Assembly: GCA_964624415.1 (NCBI GenBank)
Contig: CAZUWR010000001.1
Span: forward strand, 180,256 to 244,255
DNA: 64,000 nucleotides
Origin: an uncultured Bdellovibrionales bacterium
GTDB taxonomy: Bacteria; Patescibacteriota; Minisyncoccia; Moranbacterales; UBA1568
Reading direction: 5' to 3'
Part shown: piece after piece, positions 30,079 to 39,746 of the stretch
Position numbering within the stretch: the first letter of the stretch is position 1
How the letters are laid out: each line of letters starts with the position of its first letter
The notes under the pieces: model-generated
Databases searched by the model: none
The model's input: only the letters and a program-made list of their open reading frames with translations
What the model was told of the DNA's origin: nothing
Position numbers and translations under genes: made by a program

Positions 30079-31284
30079 TTATTTTTTCTCACCGATGGAT
30101 ATGCGCACAAAATCCTTCTTACCGACCTTGAGAACTTTGCCATTGTCTCCCTCACTTACCAAAGCGTCGGCAAACAATTTCTCGCCCTCAAGAGACACTC
30201 CGCCTTGCTCGATTTTCCGTCGTGCGTCTCCCTTGCTTTCAGCCAAACCGTTCGCCGCGATCACATCGACATATTTCTCTCCGAGCACTGCCGGCACTTC
30301 GCGGACATCGGTCGGGATTTCTTTCTTGGAAAAAGTATCGATAAAATACTGCTCCGCTGCATCGGCATCGGATGCGCTGTGATACATCGTCACGATTTCT
30401 TTAGCCAAGCGCAACTTCGCATCGCGTGGATTGAGCGTGCCCGTCACCATGCCTTCGGCTATATCGGAAATCTCAAGCATCGGCACTCGTGTGCAGTGCA
30501 CCAGATAATCGACTATCACATCGTCCGGAGCGCTCATAACTTTTCCGAACATATCCTGAGTGTTGTCGAAAAGGTTGATGGTATTGCCCCAACTCGAACT
30601 CATCTTGCGTCCGTCTGTGCCGAGGATAAGATTGGTCAAAAGAATATCTTGGGGTGTTTGTTTGGCGTGCGCTTGCATCTTCCGTCCTGCTAGAATATTG
30701 AAACGCTGATCATTGCCGCCGATTTCCATATCTGCCTTGACGACGACGCTATCGTAGCCCTGCATCAAAGGATAGAGCATCTCACGAAGCGAAACTCTTT
30801 TTCCAGCATCTAGTCGTTTTTTGATATTGTCGCGTGCGATAAATTCCGCCACCGAAAATTGATCCGCATGCTCCCCGATTTCACCGTAGCCGAGTTTGCC
30901 GAGCCATTCGGAATTATAGTGCACTTCCACCTTTTCCATATCCAACAGTTTCGATACCTGAGTCAGATACGACTGCATATTGCTTTGCACCGCTTCCGCC
31001 GAAAGCATCGGGCGCTCGCTCTCCTTGTCCGAAGTGTCCCCTACCTGTCCCGTAAAATCACCCACGATAAAAACGATCGTATGACCCAGCCTTTGCAGAT
31101 CGCGCAATTTCAAAAGCGGAACGGATCGTCCGAGATGGATATTCGGACTGGTCGGGTCGATACCGAATTTGATACGCAGGCTTTTCCCGGAAAGCAGCTG
31201 TTCCTGTAAATGATACGTATCGATTACCTCAGACACACCGCGGGTCAAAATCTCGTCAACTTGTGATTGGATAGTGGTAGCCAT
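30079..31284 (-). CDS. tyrS: Tyrosine--tRNA ligase
   Basis: 401 aa class I synthetase. It has an HIGH-like motif (IHLGRS), KMSSS in place of KMSKS and a C-terminal S4 domain (ARRKIEQGGVSLEGEK). Confidence 0.85.
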   Translation of the reverse strand: MATTIQSQVDEILTRGVSEVIDTYHLQEQLLSGKSLRIKFGIDPTSPNIHLGRSVPLLKLRDLQRLGHTIVFIVGDFTGQVGDTSDKESERPMLSAEAVQSNMQSYLTQVSKLLDMEKVEVHYNSEWLGKLGYGEIGEHADQFSVAEFIARDNIKKRLDAGKRVSLREMLYPLMQGYDSVVVKADMEIGGNDQRFNILAGRKMQAHAKQTPQDILLTNLILGTDGRKMSSSWGNTINLFDNTQDMFGKVMSAPDDVIVDYLVHCTRVPMLEISDIAEGMVTGTLNPRDAKLRLAKEIVTMYHSASDADAAEQYFIDTFSKKEIPTDVREVPAVLGEKYVDVIAANGLAESKGDARRKIEQGGVSLEGEKLFADALVSEGDNGKVLKVGKKDFVRISIGEKK

Positions 31285-31317
31285 AAAATATGTATGCGTA
31301 ATAAAATGTTCCTCTGT

Positions 31318-31626
31318 TTATTTTTCGTGTTCCAACGCCGGATACTTTTGGGCATTGAGCGACATCTTTTCTTGTATCGCTTCCGAAATATCGATACCGT
31401 TGAGGAGGGCGAATCGCAAGCAATAGATCATCACATCGGCCAGTTCACGCTTGATTTCTATCGTTTTTTCATCACCTCTTTCGGACCACTGGTAATGCTC
31501 GAGCAATTCAGCAGCTTCCAGGGAAATGGAAATAGCCAGGTCGCGGGATTTTTCATCCCATCCGCGCTCCTTCGCAAATTGGTCAAGGGCTCCTTTGAGA
31601 CTTTCGATACTGGTTCGATCATCCAT
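31318..31626 (-). CDS. MazG-like nucleotide pyrophosphohydrolase
   Basis: EAAELLEHYQWS...ELADVMIYCLRFA is the MazG/EEXXE(12-28)EXXD-type core. The start is probably the Met of MDDRTS at 31626. Confidence 0.6.
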   Translation of the reverse strand: MDDRTSIESLKGALDQFAKERGWDEKSRDLAISISLEAAELLEHYQWSERGDEKTIEIKRELADVMIYCLRFALLNGIDISEAIQEKMSLNAQKYPALEHEK

Positions 31627-31633
31627 AGGGAAA

Positions 31634-31930
31634 CTATTTATCCAAACCCATCTTACGCTTGGCAAGCCTATACTGATCATCCGAGACCATACCGCTCTTA
31701 CGAGCATCTTCGAGCTGCTGCAGGATTTCATCTTTGTGCTTGGCGATATTTTTCGGCGTCATCATCTTCTGCACCATTTTCTGCTGCTCCTGCGGACTCA
31801 TCGCCATAAAGCGCTTCATCGCCATACGCTGGAGCATATTCATATTCTTCATATCCGGAGTACCGCCCGGCAGCGTCTCATCACTTTCCTTCTCGTCTTT
31901 TTTAGTAAAAGGGTTCCACATATATTTCAA
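31634..31930 (-). CDS. Hypothetical Met/Lys-rich small protein
   Basis: 98 aa with no TM helix. The start is ambiguous: TTG at 31930 or ATG 3 codons downstream. Confidence 0.3.
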   Translation of the reverse strand: MKYMWNPFTKKDEKESDETLPGGTPDMKNMNMLQRMAMKRFMAMSPQEQQKMVQKMMTPKNIAKHKDEILQQLEDARKSGMVSDDQYRLAKRKMGLDK

Positions 31931-31932
31931 TT

Positions 31933-32060
31933 AACAGTTAACAAATAACAATAAACGAAATTCCATGTTTTTTGTTATTTGTTAACTGTTGTCTGCTTTT
32001 TGTTTATTGTTCATTGTTTTTTGTTAACTGTTAATTGTTGTTAGCTGTTATGTGTTACTG
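31933..32060. repeat. Intergenic 19-bp perfect inverted repeat (aacagttaacaaataacaa / ttgttatttgttaactgtt) plus GTTAAC-containing degenerate tandem repeats
   Basis: Read directly. The inverted-repeat arms are at 31933-31951 and 31972-31990. Downstream come tgttaactgtt, ttgttagctgtta and tgtgttactggttac. Confidence 0.55.
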
Positions 32061-32061
32061 G

Positions 32062-32979
32062 TTACTTTTTATTTTTCCACTCATGGCCTGTCACGAGCAG
32101 CGCCGAGGCGACATAGATGGATGAGTATGTTCCCGCTGCCACACCGATAAGCAGGGCCAGAGAAAAGTATCGTATCGACGCACCTCCAAAGATAACAATG
32201 GCAAGCAAAACGATAATCACGGTAAACGAAGTATTGATCGATCGCGCAATGGTTTCGTTCAGCGATCGATTGACGATGATTTCAAAACTTTCCTTGGCAC
32301 GAGATCGGATAAGGTTCTCACGGACACGATCATACACCACGATGGTATCATGCACTGAAAATCCGAGGATGGTGAGCAGAGCCGCGATAAACGAAGCATC
32401 CACCTCCACCCCGAAAAAATGTCCCAGCACAGCGAAGATACCAACGGTGATAGTGAGATCATGAAACAATGCCACATTGGCCATAATACCATAGTACCAC
32501 GAGGATACCGGATGCGAGACCTTACGGAAGGCCCAGGCGATATACAAGGCGATACCAACAATAGCAACCAAGAGGGCCTTAATGGCATTGGCCTTGATCT
32601 GGTCGGATACGGAAGCGCCGATGAAATCCGTGCGCACGCTTGCGGCCTGATCATCAAATGTCTGAAGCTGTGCCAGCACCTTTTCATTGAGCGTCTCATC
32701 AGATGCCAGATAGCGGACGCTGAGTTCATTGGTTCCGGTCGGCTGCACCGTCAAACTATGCAATCCCAACGTCTCAAGCGATGCCTGGGCATCGGTGACC
32801 GAAGGTACTTTTCCATCTGAAAAGCGCACCTCCATCAGTGTCCCGCCTCCCTTGAAGTCGATACTGAGCTGCAATCCCCAAATCGAAATAGCCAAAATAC
32901 TCAAAATGGTCAGTGCGCCCGAAAACCAGTACGCGTATTTTCTTTTTTGAATCAATTTCCACATAACACTCTTTTTCAA
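32062..32979 (-). CDS. secF: Protein translocase subunit SecF
   Basis: 305 aa with 6 TM helices. It has the SecF N-terminal periplasmic motif (LSIDFKGGGTLMEVRF). Confidence 0.9.
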   Translation of the reverse strand: MKKSVMWKLIQKRKYAYWFSGALTILSILAISIWGLQLSIDFKGGGTLMEVRFSDGKVPSVTDAQASLETLGLHSLTVQPTGTNELSVRYLASDETLNEKVLAQLQTFDDQAASVRTDFIGASVSDQIKANAIKALLVAIVGIALYIAWAFRKVSHPVSSWYYGIMANVALFHDLTITVGIFAVLGHFFGVEVDASFIAALLTILGFSVHDTIVVYDRVRENLIRSRAKESFEIIVNRSLNETIARSINTSFTVIIVLLAIVIFGGASIRYFSLALLIGVAAGTYSSIYVASALLVTGHEWKNKK

Positions 32980-34668
32980 TTATTTCCCACTTCTCGGCAT
33001 CTTGCGTTTCGGAGCGATCAGCCACAAGTGCTTCTGCACCCATTCGCCTAAACAAAATCGTATAATCGTCTTGACCAACACGATAGCCGTGAACATCGAG
33101 AACACTACACCGATAAGCAAGATAATAGCGAATCCTTTAACAAATCCCGTACCCAGCCACATCAGGATAAGACAGGTCAGTATGGTCGAGGAATTACCAT
33201 CACGGATACTAGGCCAGGCTCGACGGAAGCCTTCTTCGATCGCCTTCGGAAGCGACTTGCCGTTTTTCAGTTCTTCCCACGTGCGTTCAAAAATCAAGAT
33301 ATTGGCATCGACAGCCATACCGATCGAAAGGATAAATCCGGCGATACCTGACAGCGTAAGCGTGATAGCGAAGGGTGTGTATGAAGAAAATTTGAACACC
33401 GTGACCAGAATCGCCGTATACAGCACGAGCGCCAAAGCAGCGATCAATCCGAGGAAACGATAGTAGATGATCATAAAGACGATGACGGTCGCCACACCGA
33501 TCAAGCCGGCAAAAAGGCTTTTGTGTAAAGATTCTTCACCCAAAGATGCAGAAACACTCTGCTGTCCGTCTAAAGTAATCGGTACCGGAAGCGCTCCTTC
33601 ATTGAGCCGAGCCACCAAAGCCTTGGCCTCCTTTTGCGTGAAGTTACCGGTAATAACCGCCTTGCCATTGGTGATTTCGCTTTGAACAGTTGGGGCGCTA
33701 ACGATCTGCCCGTCAATAAAGATGGCCATCTGTTTTCCGAGATTTTTTTTCGTTAAGTCGGCAAACAACTGCGTCCCCTCGGCATCAAAAGTGACAGCAA
33801 CCTGCGGATTGCTCAAACCCTGATTCTGATACTCGACATGCGCATCCTGCAGGTTCTTGCCCGTCAGTCCTGTCTTGGTCCATGCCAGATCCGGATACAT
33901 ATCAATAGTCTGCTTGCGGAACAAAATATGCTCAGCGCGAACTTCTTTATTGTCGCCATCGCCACGCTCCTCAACTTTTTTGATGATATGCCACCCGTAC
34001 TGACTCTCTACCAAATCCGGCCATACATCACCTACTTTCAGATCATTATTAAAAATCACATTATCGAATTCCGGTACAAATTGGCCTTTCTTTGCAAAAT
34101 CAAGATCACCGCCGCTCTCTTTGGATCCGGGATCTTGGCTGAATTGCTTCGCCAGGTCTTCGAAATTTTCGCCATTTTTGACGCGCACCAGCATAGCCTG
34201 GGCATCTGCTTTGGCTTTCGCATTGGACTGATCAAACATCTGGGCCACCTCAGGTCCCGCTGCTTCTTTGAACTCGAGCAACGGCGTATCCTTGAGCATT
34301 TTCTTCGCCTGCTCGATATCTTTGATACCCGGGAGTTCTACGATAATATGGTCCTCGTTGCCAGACTTGGCCAGCTGCACGAGCGGCTCACCGACACCGA
34401 AGGCATTCACTCGGCGCTCAATCACTGCTAAAGAGGACTGCAGCGCATCGGCTTTTTTCTCTGCCGGAACCTGCGAGACATCCAAAGCATACTCAAGCCG
34501 GACACCTCCCTGCAAATCCAAACCGAGGTTGATTTTCGGCTTGTTCAAGAAATCCTGCACGGCCTGGGGCATAAACTTAGCCGCCTGAGGATACGCAAAA
34601 AACCCCGCCACGACAGCCAGCACTATAACCAACCCGAATTGTACTCGTATTTTCTGGCGAATTTTCAT
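32980..34668 (-). CDS. secD: Protein translocase subunit SecD with an embedded parvulin (PpiC-type) PPIase domain in the periplasmic head
   Basis: 562 aa. It has the SecD P1 start motif GLDLQGGVRLEY and C-terminal TM 2-6. Residues about 140-230 read GENFEDLAKQFSQDPGSKESGGDLDFAKKGQFVPEFDNVIF...YGWHIIKK, a full parvulin rotamase signature, where the P1 head subdomain would normally be. Confidence 0.85.
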   Translation of the reverse strand: MKIRQKIRVQFGLVIVLAVVAGFFAYPQAAKFMPQAVQDFLNKPKINLGLDLQGGVRLEYALDVSQVPAEKKADALQSSLAVIERRVNAFGVGEPLVQLAKSGNEDHIIVELPGIKDIEQAKKMLKDTPLLEFKEAAGPEVAQMFDQSNAKAKADAQAMLVRVKNGENFEDLAKQFSQDPGSKESGGDLDFAKKGQFVPEFDNVIFNNDLKVGDVWPDLVESQYGWHIIKKVEERGDGDNKEVRAEHILFRKQTIDMYPDLAWTKTGLTGKNLQDAHVEYQNQGLSNPQVAVTFDAEGTQLFADLTKKNLGKQMAIFIDGQIVSAPTVQSEITNGKAVITGNFTQKEAKALVARLNEGALPVPITLDGQQSVSASLGEESLHKSLFAGLIGVATVIVFMIIYYRFLGLIAALALVLYTAILVTVFKFSSYTPFAITLTLSGIAGFILSIGMAVDANILIFERTWEELKNGKSLPKAIEEGFRRAWPSIRDGNSSTILTCLILMWLGTGFVKGFAIILLIGVVFSMFTAIVLVKTIIRFCLGEWVQKHLWLIAPKRKMPRSGK

Positions 34669-34754
34669 AGTATACGCAGTATATCGCGCCTTTTCGTTTT
34701 AGGCAAATCAAAACAAATCGCTTCCAGAGTGCTCTATAAAAGGATTTTCATCTT

Positions 34755-35273
34755 TTATCGACTCAAAAAAACGTCAGCGGAAGTCAGGATATCTTTAGCG
34801 GCCGGAAATGTGAGCTTGGTAATCGCCTCTTCGAACGGAAGCCATGCGAAACCGATGTGCTCATTTGAGATAACGATTTCGCTATCGATAGCCTCCGCGA
34901 GGTAGAAATAAACGATCTTGAATATCCAGATACCATCACCGGCACGCTTGCGTTTTTCAAGCTCAGTTCCCTTCGCCGTATAAAAATACCGCGTGTGCTT
35001 GCGAAAACCCTTCATAATACTGATGGATTTGATGCCGGATTCCTCTTCTGTTTCACGGCGCAACGTCTCTTCTTGTGTTTCGCCTGCTTCGGAATGCCCC
35101 TTCACATAATCCCAGTGCCCGTGAGGATAGCGCAACAGCAAATACTCGACACCCCTCTCTGAACGACGAAAAATAACCGCACCGACGGAAATCTCGAATG
35201 CGAGCGGAAAACCGAAAAAACTCTGAAACCCGGGTTTTCTTTTTGTACCCCATCCGAACATATCCGGTAACAT
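34755..35273 (-). CDS. NUDIX hydrolase
   Basis: Nudix box GHWDYVKGHSEAGETQEETLRRETEEESG (GX5EX7REUXEEXGU). Confidence 0.75.
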   Translation of the reverse strand: MLPDMFGWGTKRKPGFQSFFGFPLAFEISVGAVIFRRSERGVEYLLLRYPHGHWDYVKGHSEAGETQEETLRRETEEESGIKSISIMKGFRKHTRYFYTAKGTELEKRKRAGDGIWIFKIVYFYLAEAIDSEIVISNEHIGFAWLPFEEAITKLTFPAAKDILTSADVFLSR

Positions 35274-35565
35274 TTAATGAGAGTTTCCTTATAAAAGAAA
35301 TACCCTCTACGACTTAAGCTAGGACTACTATCGAAGAAAAGTTTTATACTGAAACCCCAACCTAATTGCGGGTAGTACTATTTCGATATTTCGAGCGAGA
35401 CGAAGTGAAAATTATGAGGCATATCCGTAGATACGTTGAGTGATTTTCACAAAGTCGCAGCCGAAATATCGGAATGGTACGCGCAAGGAGGTTGAGGTTT
35501 CAGTATCGACTATCTATACTGCCATTCTATCGCAAAAAACCAAGAAGGGCAACCATACCGTCGTA

Positions 35566-36816
35566 TCACTGACGAATCGCCTGGATAGGATTGATCTGCG
35601 ACCCACGCCACGCCGGATACACCCCGAAGACCAGTCCTGCCAACAGCGAAAATCCCATCGCCAAAAGCACCGTCGTCCATGAGAACTGAAAGGTCACCGC
35701 CAAACCAAATGATGGAAGAACGGCGAAAATCCCGAAAAGCAGCGCTTCAGCAATCACGATACCGATGATACCTCCGATCAAAGCCACGATGAGCGCCTCT
35801 ACCAAAAATTGGAAAAGGATATCCTTGGCGCGTGCACCCACCGCTTTGCGCAGACCGATCTCACCCGTACGCTCCGTCACCGCCACAAACATCACATTCA
35901 TAATCCCCACACCGCCTACTACCAGAGAAATCGACGCCAACATCAAAAGCAGGATCTGAATCGCGCCAAAGACAGTCTGGACGGTTTCTTGGGCTTCTTT
36001 GATGGTTGTTACAGCGAAGTCATCCTGTCCTTCCTTGCGGATATCATGCCGATCGCGAAGCAAAATTTCAATATCCTGCGCTGTCTGCGTTGCTTTGGAT
36101 ATATCCGCGATCTTGACGGTGATAAACTGCGCATGATCGGTGCCGAGAATCTTTTTCTGCATCGTCAGCAGCGGAACATAGATAAAATCATCGAAACTGA
36201 TAAATCCGGTCGAACCTCGCTCCTTGAGCACCCCTATCACCCGATAGGTCTGATTCTTCATTTTAATGGTCTTGCCTACCGCGGATGTCTCGCCGAAGAG
36301 AGATTTCTTCACACCCGATCCGATCACCACTGATTGAGACAGTCCTTTTTCCATCGAGTCGGTATAAAAACTTCCCTCGGTCAGCGTGAGGTTTTTGTCC
36401 ACACCTACTATAGAAGCTGTGGCACCAAACAGCATGATACGCTTGTTGAGTTCTTGGTAACTCACCAGTTCCTGCCCTATCACCGCAGCATACCAGGTCA
36501 GCACATTAGGAAGTTTTTGCATCGCTTCGCCGTCACTTTGCTTGAGCGTGGTAATCTGCACACCCGATGCCAGCGAAGTCGCGTTTTGGGTTGAATTTTT
36601 GGAAGCAGACGGAATCTTGACCTCCACCTGGATCACATCCGACCCGAAAGTATCGATCTGTCCCAGCACATAGCCTTTGACCACATCCCCGAGCGTCACC
36701 ACCATAATGATGACGATAGTGCCGATAATGATACCGGACAACGTCAACATCGTCCGACCGAAATTGGCGGTCAGGCTCTTGAAAGCGAATTTGAGCGAGA
36801 GAAAAATTTCCTGCAT
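35566..36816 (-). CDS. ABC transporter permease, MacB/FtsX family
   Basis: 416 aa. TM1 is followed by a large periplasmic domain and the C-terminal FtsX 3-TM module. Confidence 0.8.
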   Translation of the reverse strand: MQEIFLSLKFAFKSLTANFGRTMLTLSGIIIGTIVIIMVVTLGDVVKGYVLGQIDTFGSDVIQVEVKIPSASKNSTQNATSLASGVQITTLKQSDGEAMQKLPNVLTWYAAVIGQELVSYQELNKRIMLFGATASIVGVDKNLTLTEGSFYTDSMEKGLSQSVVIGSGVKKSLFGETSAVGKTIKMKNQTYRVIGVLKERGSTGFISFDDFIYVPLLTMQKKILGTDHAQFITVKIADISKATQTAQDIEILLRDRHDIRKEGQDDFAVTTIKEAQETVQTVFGAIQILLLMLASISLVVGGVGIMNVMFVAVTERTGEIGLRKAVGARAKDILFQFLVEALIVALIGGIIGIVIAEALLFGIFAVLPSFGLAVTFQFSWTTVLLAMGFSLLAGLVFGVYPAWRGSQINPIQAIRQ

Positions 36817-36911
36817 AGTTTATTCCAGTATAGCATAGATGCGAAAACAGAAGGTCTCATAAAGAACCTCCTGTTATACTAAGTATTTGCACATTGCAAA
36901 GCAACGTTTCA

Positions 36912-37370
36912 TTAAGCAGCTTTCTTCACATCACTCAATGGATGCGAACGATCATCATCCATAGCACGCTTAAGTCTTCCTGTCTGAATATCTCCGCCCG
37001 AGAATTGACCTTCTTTAAATTTGAAATTCTCGTCCTCTAAGTCTACTTCAGCTGGTTTATCGGTATTCTTTGTAAACGAAAGCACTCCAGGTTCTCGATC
37101 ACCGCGATCAACACTCGGCAAACCTTTTTCGATATTTCGAATACGTTTCGCTTCTCGATCAAACTCCTCCTTTGTAGCAGCAACAAATGATTCACCTCCT
37201 GTAACTTGCTCCGGCAAATGTTTTTTCACGACATTCTCAATCCCTTTTGCTGGTTTATCAAAAGACGCAGCCATTTCTTGAGACATAAGCATTTCATTAC
37301 AAATTAGAGAACCGTCCCCCACACCGCCACTATACCACATTTTACAAAGCATTGCCTCTATACTTGTCAA
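36912..37370 (-). CDS. Hypothetical hydrophilic, likely disordered protein within the efflux operon
   Basis: 152 aa and acidic/Lys-rich. Its start lies 4 nt from the upstream permease stop, suggesting translational coupling. Confidence 0.35.
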   Translation of the reverse strand: MTSIEAMLCKMWYSGGVGDGSLICNEMLMSQEMAASFDKPAKGIENVVKKHLPEQVTGGESFVAATKEEFDREAKRIRNIEKGLPSVDRGDREPGVLSFTKNTDKPAEVDLEDENFKFKEGQFSGGDIQTGRLKRAMDDDRSHPLSDVKKAA

Positions 37371-37373
37371 TCG

Positions 37374-38615
37374 CTATTCATACCGCAAGGCCTCCATCGG
37401 GCTCACCTGGGCGGCTTTCTTGGCAGGATAGAGACCGAAGACGATACCGATAAAGAGTACGACTGACAGAGCTACCAATGCTGACTGGAGCGTGAGGATA
37501 AATTCCCATTCATAGCCCAGGCTCCGAATAACCACCGATGCCAGATAGGTCAAAGCAACCCCGAGGATGAAGCCGAGCACGCCGCCCGCCAAAGAAATGA
37601 AGACTGACTCGACGATAAACTGGAATTCGATGTCCGTATTGCGCGCACCCAAGGCCTTGCGCAGCCCCACCTCGCGGATGCGTTGTTTGAGCGCGATGAG
37701 CATGATATTCATAATCCCGATACCTCCGACAAACAGCGAGATACCCGCCACAAAGGTGAGGAAGTATTTGAGCACATTGGTCACATTGGTCAGGATAGAC
37801 AAAGCATCCGCCGTATTGCGTATGGAAAAATCATCCTCCTTATCGCCTTTGAGCTTATGCTTATCGCGCAAAATAGCGCGCATACTCTCACTCACCGCAG
37901 CGATGTTTTTTTCATCGTCCACCTTCATGCGGGACAGATTGATATAGTCGATACCGAGCAACAGTTTCTGCGCCGTCAAAAGTGGCACAAATACCATCTG
38001 ATCGGGATTGGAAAACCCCGAGCTCCCCCGTTTTTCCAATACACCCACGACGGAAAAATTCACATCCCCAAAAGAAACCGTCTTGCCCAGAGGATCGTCA
38101 GCACCGAAAAGGTCATTGGCCCGATCCGCACCCAGCACCACCACACGAGCCAATCGATCATTCTCATCCTTGGTAAAAAACCTCCCTTGCCCGATGATAA
38201 TTTTTTCCACCTGCGGAAGCGCTGGAGAGACGCCCTGATAAGTCATAGAAAACGACTCACTCTTATACGACACGGTCGCCGAGCCACTCACATACCCGGA
38301 CGCCGCCACAATATGCGGGTTTTGCTTCACGATAGCCTCTATATCCGACATTTTGAGCGTCGTTGTAATAACGCCAAGAGCCGAGGCGGGCGGTCCATTG
38401 GAATCCGAAGCTCCAGGAAGCACACCTACCAGATTCGACCCCACCGAGCGAATCTGACCCAAGATAAGGGCTTGCGCCGAAGCACCAACCGACATCACCA
38501 GTATCACCGAAGCGATACCAATCACAATACCCAGTATCGTCAAAAACGTCCGAAACTTCGAAGCGGACAGATTCTTCCAGGCCATTTTCATGGAGCGATA
38601 GATTTGTGGAATCAT
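37374..38615 (-). CDS. ABC transporter permease, MacB/FtsX family (paralog)
   Basis: 413 aa with the same architecture as 35566..36816. Confidence 0.8.
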   Translation of the reverse strand: MIPQIYRSMKMAWKNLSASKFRTFLTILGIVIGIASVILVMSVGASAQALILGQIRSVGSNLVGVLPGASDSNGPPASALGVITTTLKMSDIEAIVKQNPHIVAASGYVSGSATVSYKSESFSMTYQGVSPALPQVEKIIIGQGRFFTKDENDRLARVVVLGADRANDLFGADDPLGKTVSFGDVNFSVVGVLEKRGSSGFSNPDQMVFVPLLTAQKLLLGIDYINLSRMKVDDEKNIAAVSESMRAILRDKHKLKGDKEDDFSIRNTADALSILTNVTNVLKYFLTFVAGISLFVGGIGIMNIMLIALKQRIREVGLRKALGARNTDIEFQFIVESVFISLAGGVLGFILGVALTYLASVVIRSLGYEWEFILTLQSALVALSVVLFIGIVFGLYPAKKAAQVSPMEALRYE

Positions 38616-39739
38616 AGATGTCTGCTTAATACTCTCAATCGCAATAATGGATACGCCGTCGCTATGAACAAAAATCCGGCAAAGATGTACATCAGTATCG
38701 CGAAAGAATACCGATCAAGAATAAATCCGGAAGCGAAAATCATACCGGCGGAAAACAATCTCAACACAAGACTCTTCAAAGACAAAACACTGGCGCGTAC
38801 CGATGCGTCGATAGTCTCGGTTATATCGACATCAAGCATCGTCTCAATGTAGCCCCGCAGTATATGCATCGCAAAAAGCGCTGCAATAGCCGTGGAAATA
38901 TGCTGTGTGTAACCGAGCATCACTATCAGACACAAAAAAATGAGTGTTGTTATTACTAGCGACCATCGGCGTACTTTTCGATATATATGCGCGCCAAAAG
39001 CGATCAAAAGCGTTGCGATACTGATAACAATCCCCCACTGCGCCACAGGGATATGCAGTTGCAAGAAAAGTGGATTATAAAACCATTTGAAACTAAAGAA
39101 AAAAGCCCCCCACATCGAAGCGATGCCGATCAATACACGCAGTTTTTGATTCCGCCATACAGTCTGCATACCCGTTCGAGCGGTGGCGAAGATATTGCCT
39201 GAAAGCTTTTCATACTGATACTGACCGATAGAAAATGTAAACGCACTCGCTATCAAGAAAAAAAGCGCCGACAAGTAGAATGGGTATCGCAAATCAAAAG
39301 ACGCTGCAAAACCGCCGAACGCGATGGCGCAGACGGACATTATGATACTATACAACCTCACTTGTGCATAATCGTCCTTGAAGTTCTGTGATAATGCGTG
39401 GATCAATGCCGTATCGCTCCCGGACACCAGCGCGGCACCGAGCGCTCCAAATACCAGCAATGCAGCATACATTGCAAACGAAACCGGGAATACCATCACC
39501 GCAAATACCACGCTCAAGAGCAAGTAGCCCAAAGACATCGAAACCTTATGGGAAAAGTAATCCCCGATAACTCCCGTAGGGTATTCGAACAGCACGATGC
39601 ACAAGGAGTAAAAAGCGAGCAATTCATAGGTTTGCGTCGTCGTCACGCCTTTCGTAGTGAGAAACAACACAAAAGTCGGCATCCAAAATTGGCAGGATGC
39701 GAATATGATAGCCAATTTTGCTTTCGTCAGTGCATTCAT
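38612..39739 (-). CDS. MFS transporter
   Basis: About 12 TM helices. The start is probably the Met of MNALTKAKL at 39739, which avoids overlap with the upstream ATPase. The ORF track gives 39820. Confidence 0.65.
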   Translation of the reverse strand: MNALTKAKLAIIFASCQFWMPTFVLFLTTKGVTTTQTYELLAFYSLCIVLFEYPTGVIGDYFSHKVSMSLGYLLLSVVFAVMVFPVSFAMYAALLVFGALGAALVSGSDTALIHALSQNFKDDYAQVRLYSIIMSVCAIAFGGFAASFDLRYPFYLSALFFLIASAFTFSIGQYQYEKLSGNIFATARTGMQTVWRNQKLRVLIGIASMWGAFFFSFKWFYNPLFLQLHIPVAQWGIVISIATLLIAFGAHIYRKVRRWSLVITTLIFLCLIVMLGYTQHISTAIAALFAMHILRGYIETMLDVDITETIDASVRASVLSLKSLVLRLFSAGMIFASGFILDRYSFAILMYIFAGFLFIATAYPLLRLRVLSRHL

Positions 39740-39746
39740 AAGCAAT

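Noticed and set aside
31933-32060. Possible CRISPR array
   Set aside because: The repeats are short (about 11 nt), degenerate and not separated by unique spacers of regular length. There are no cas genes. It is treated as an intergenic palindrome plus low-complexity repeats.
37683-38852. 389-aa plus-strand ORF
   Set aside because: It is antisense to the MacB-type permease gene. It is Arg/His-rich with no domain signature, whereas the minus-strand frame has a clear FtsX/MacB architecture.
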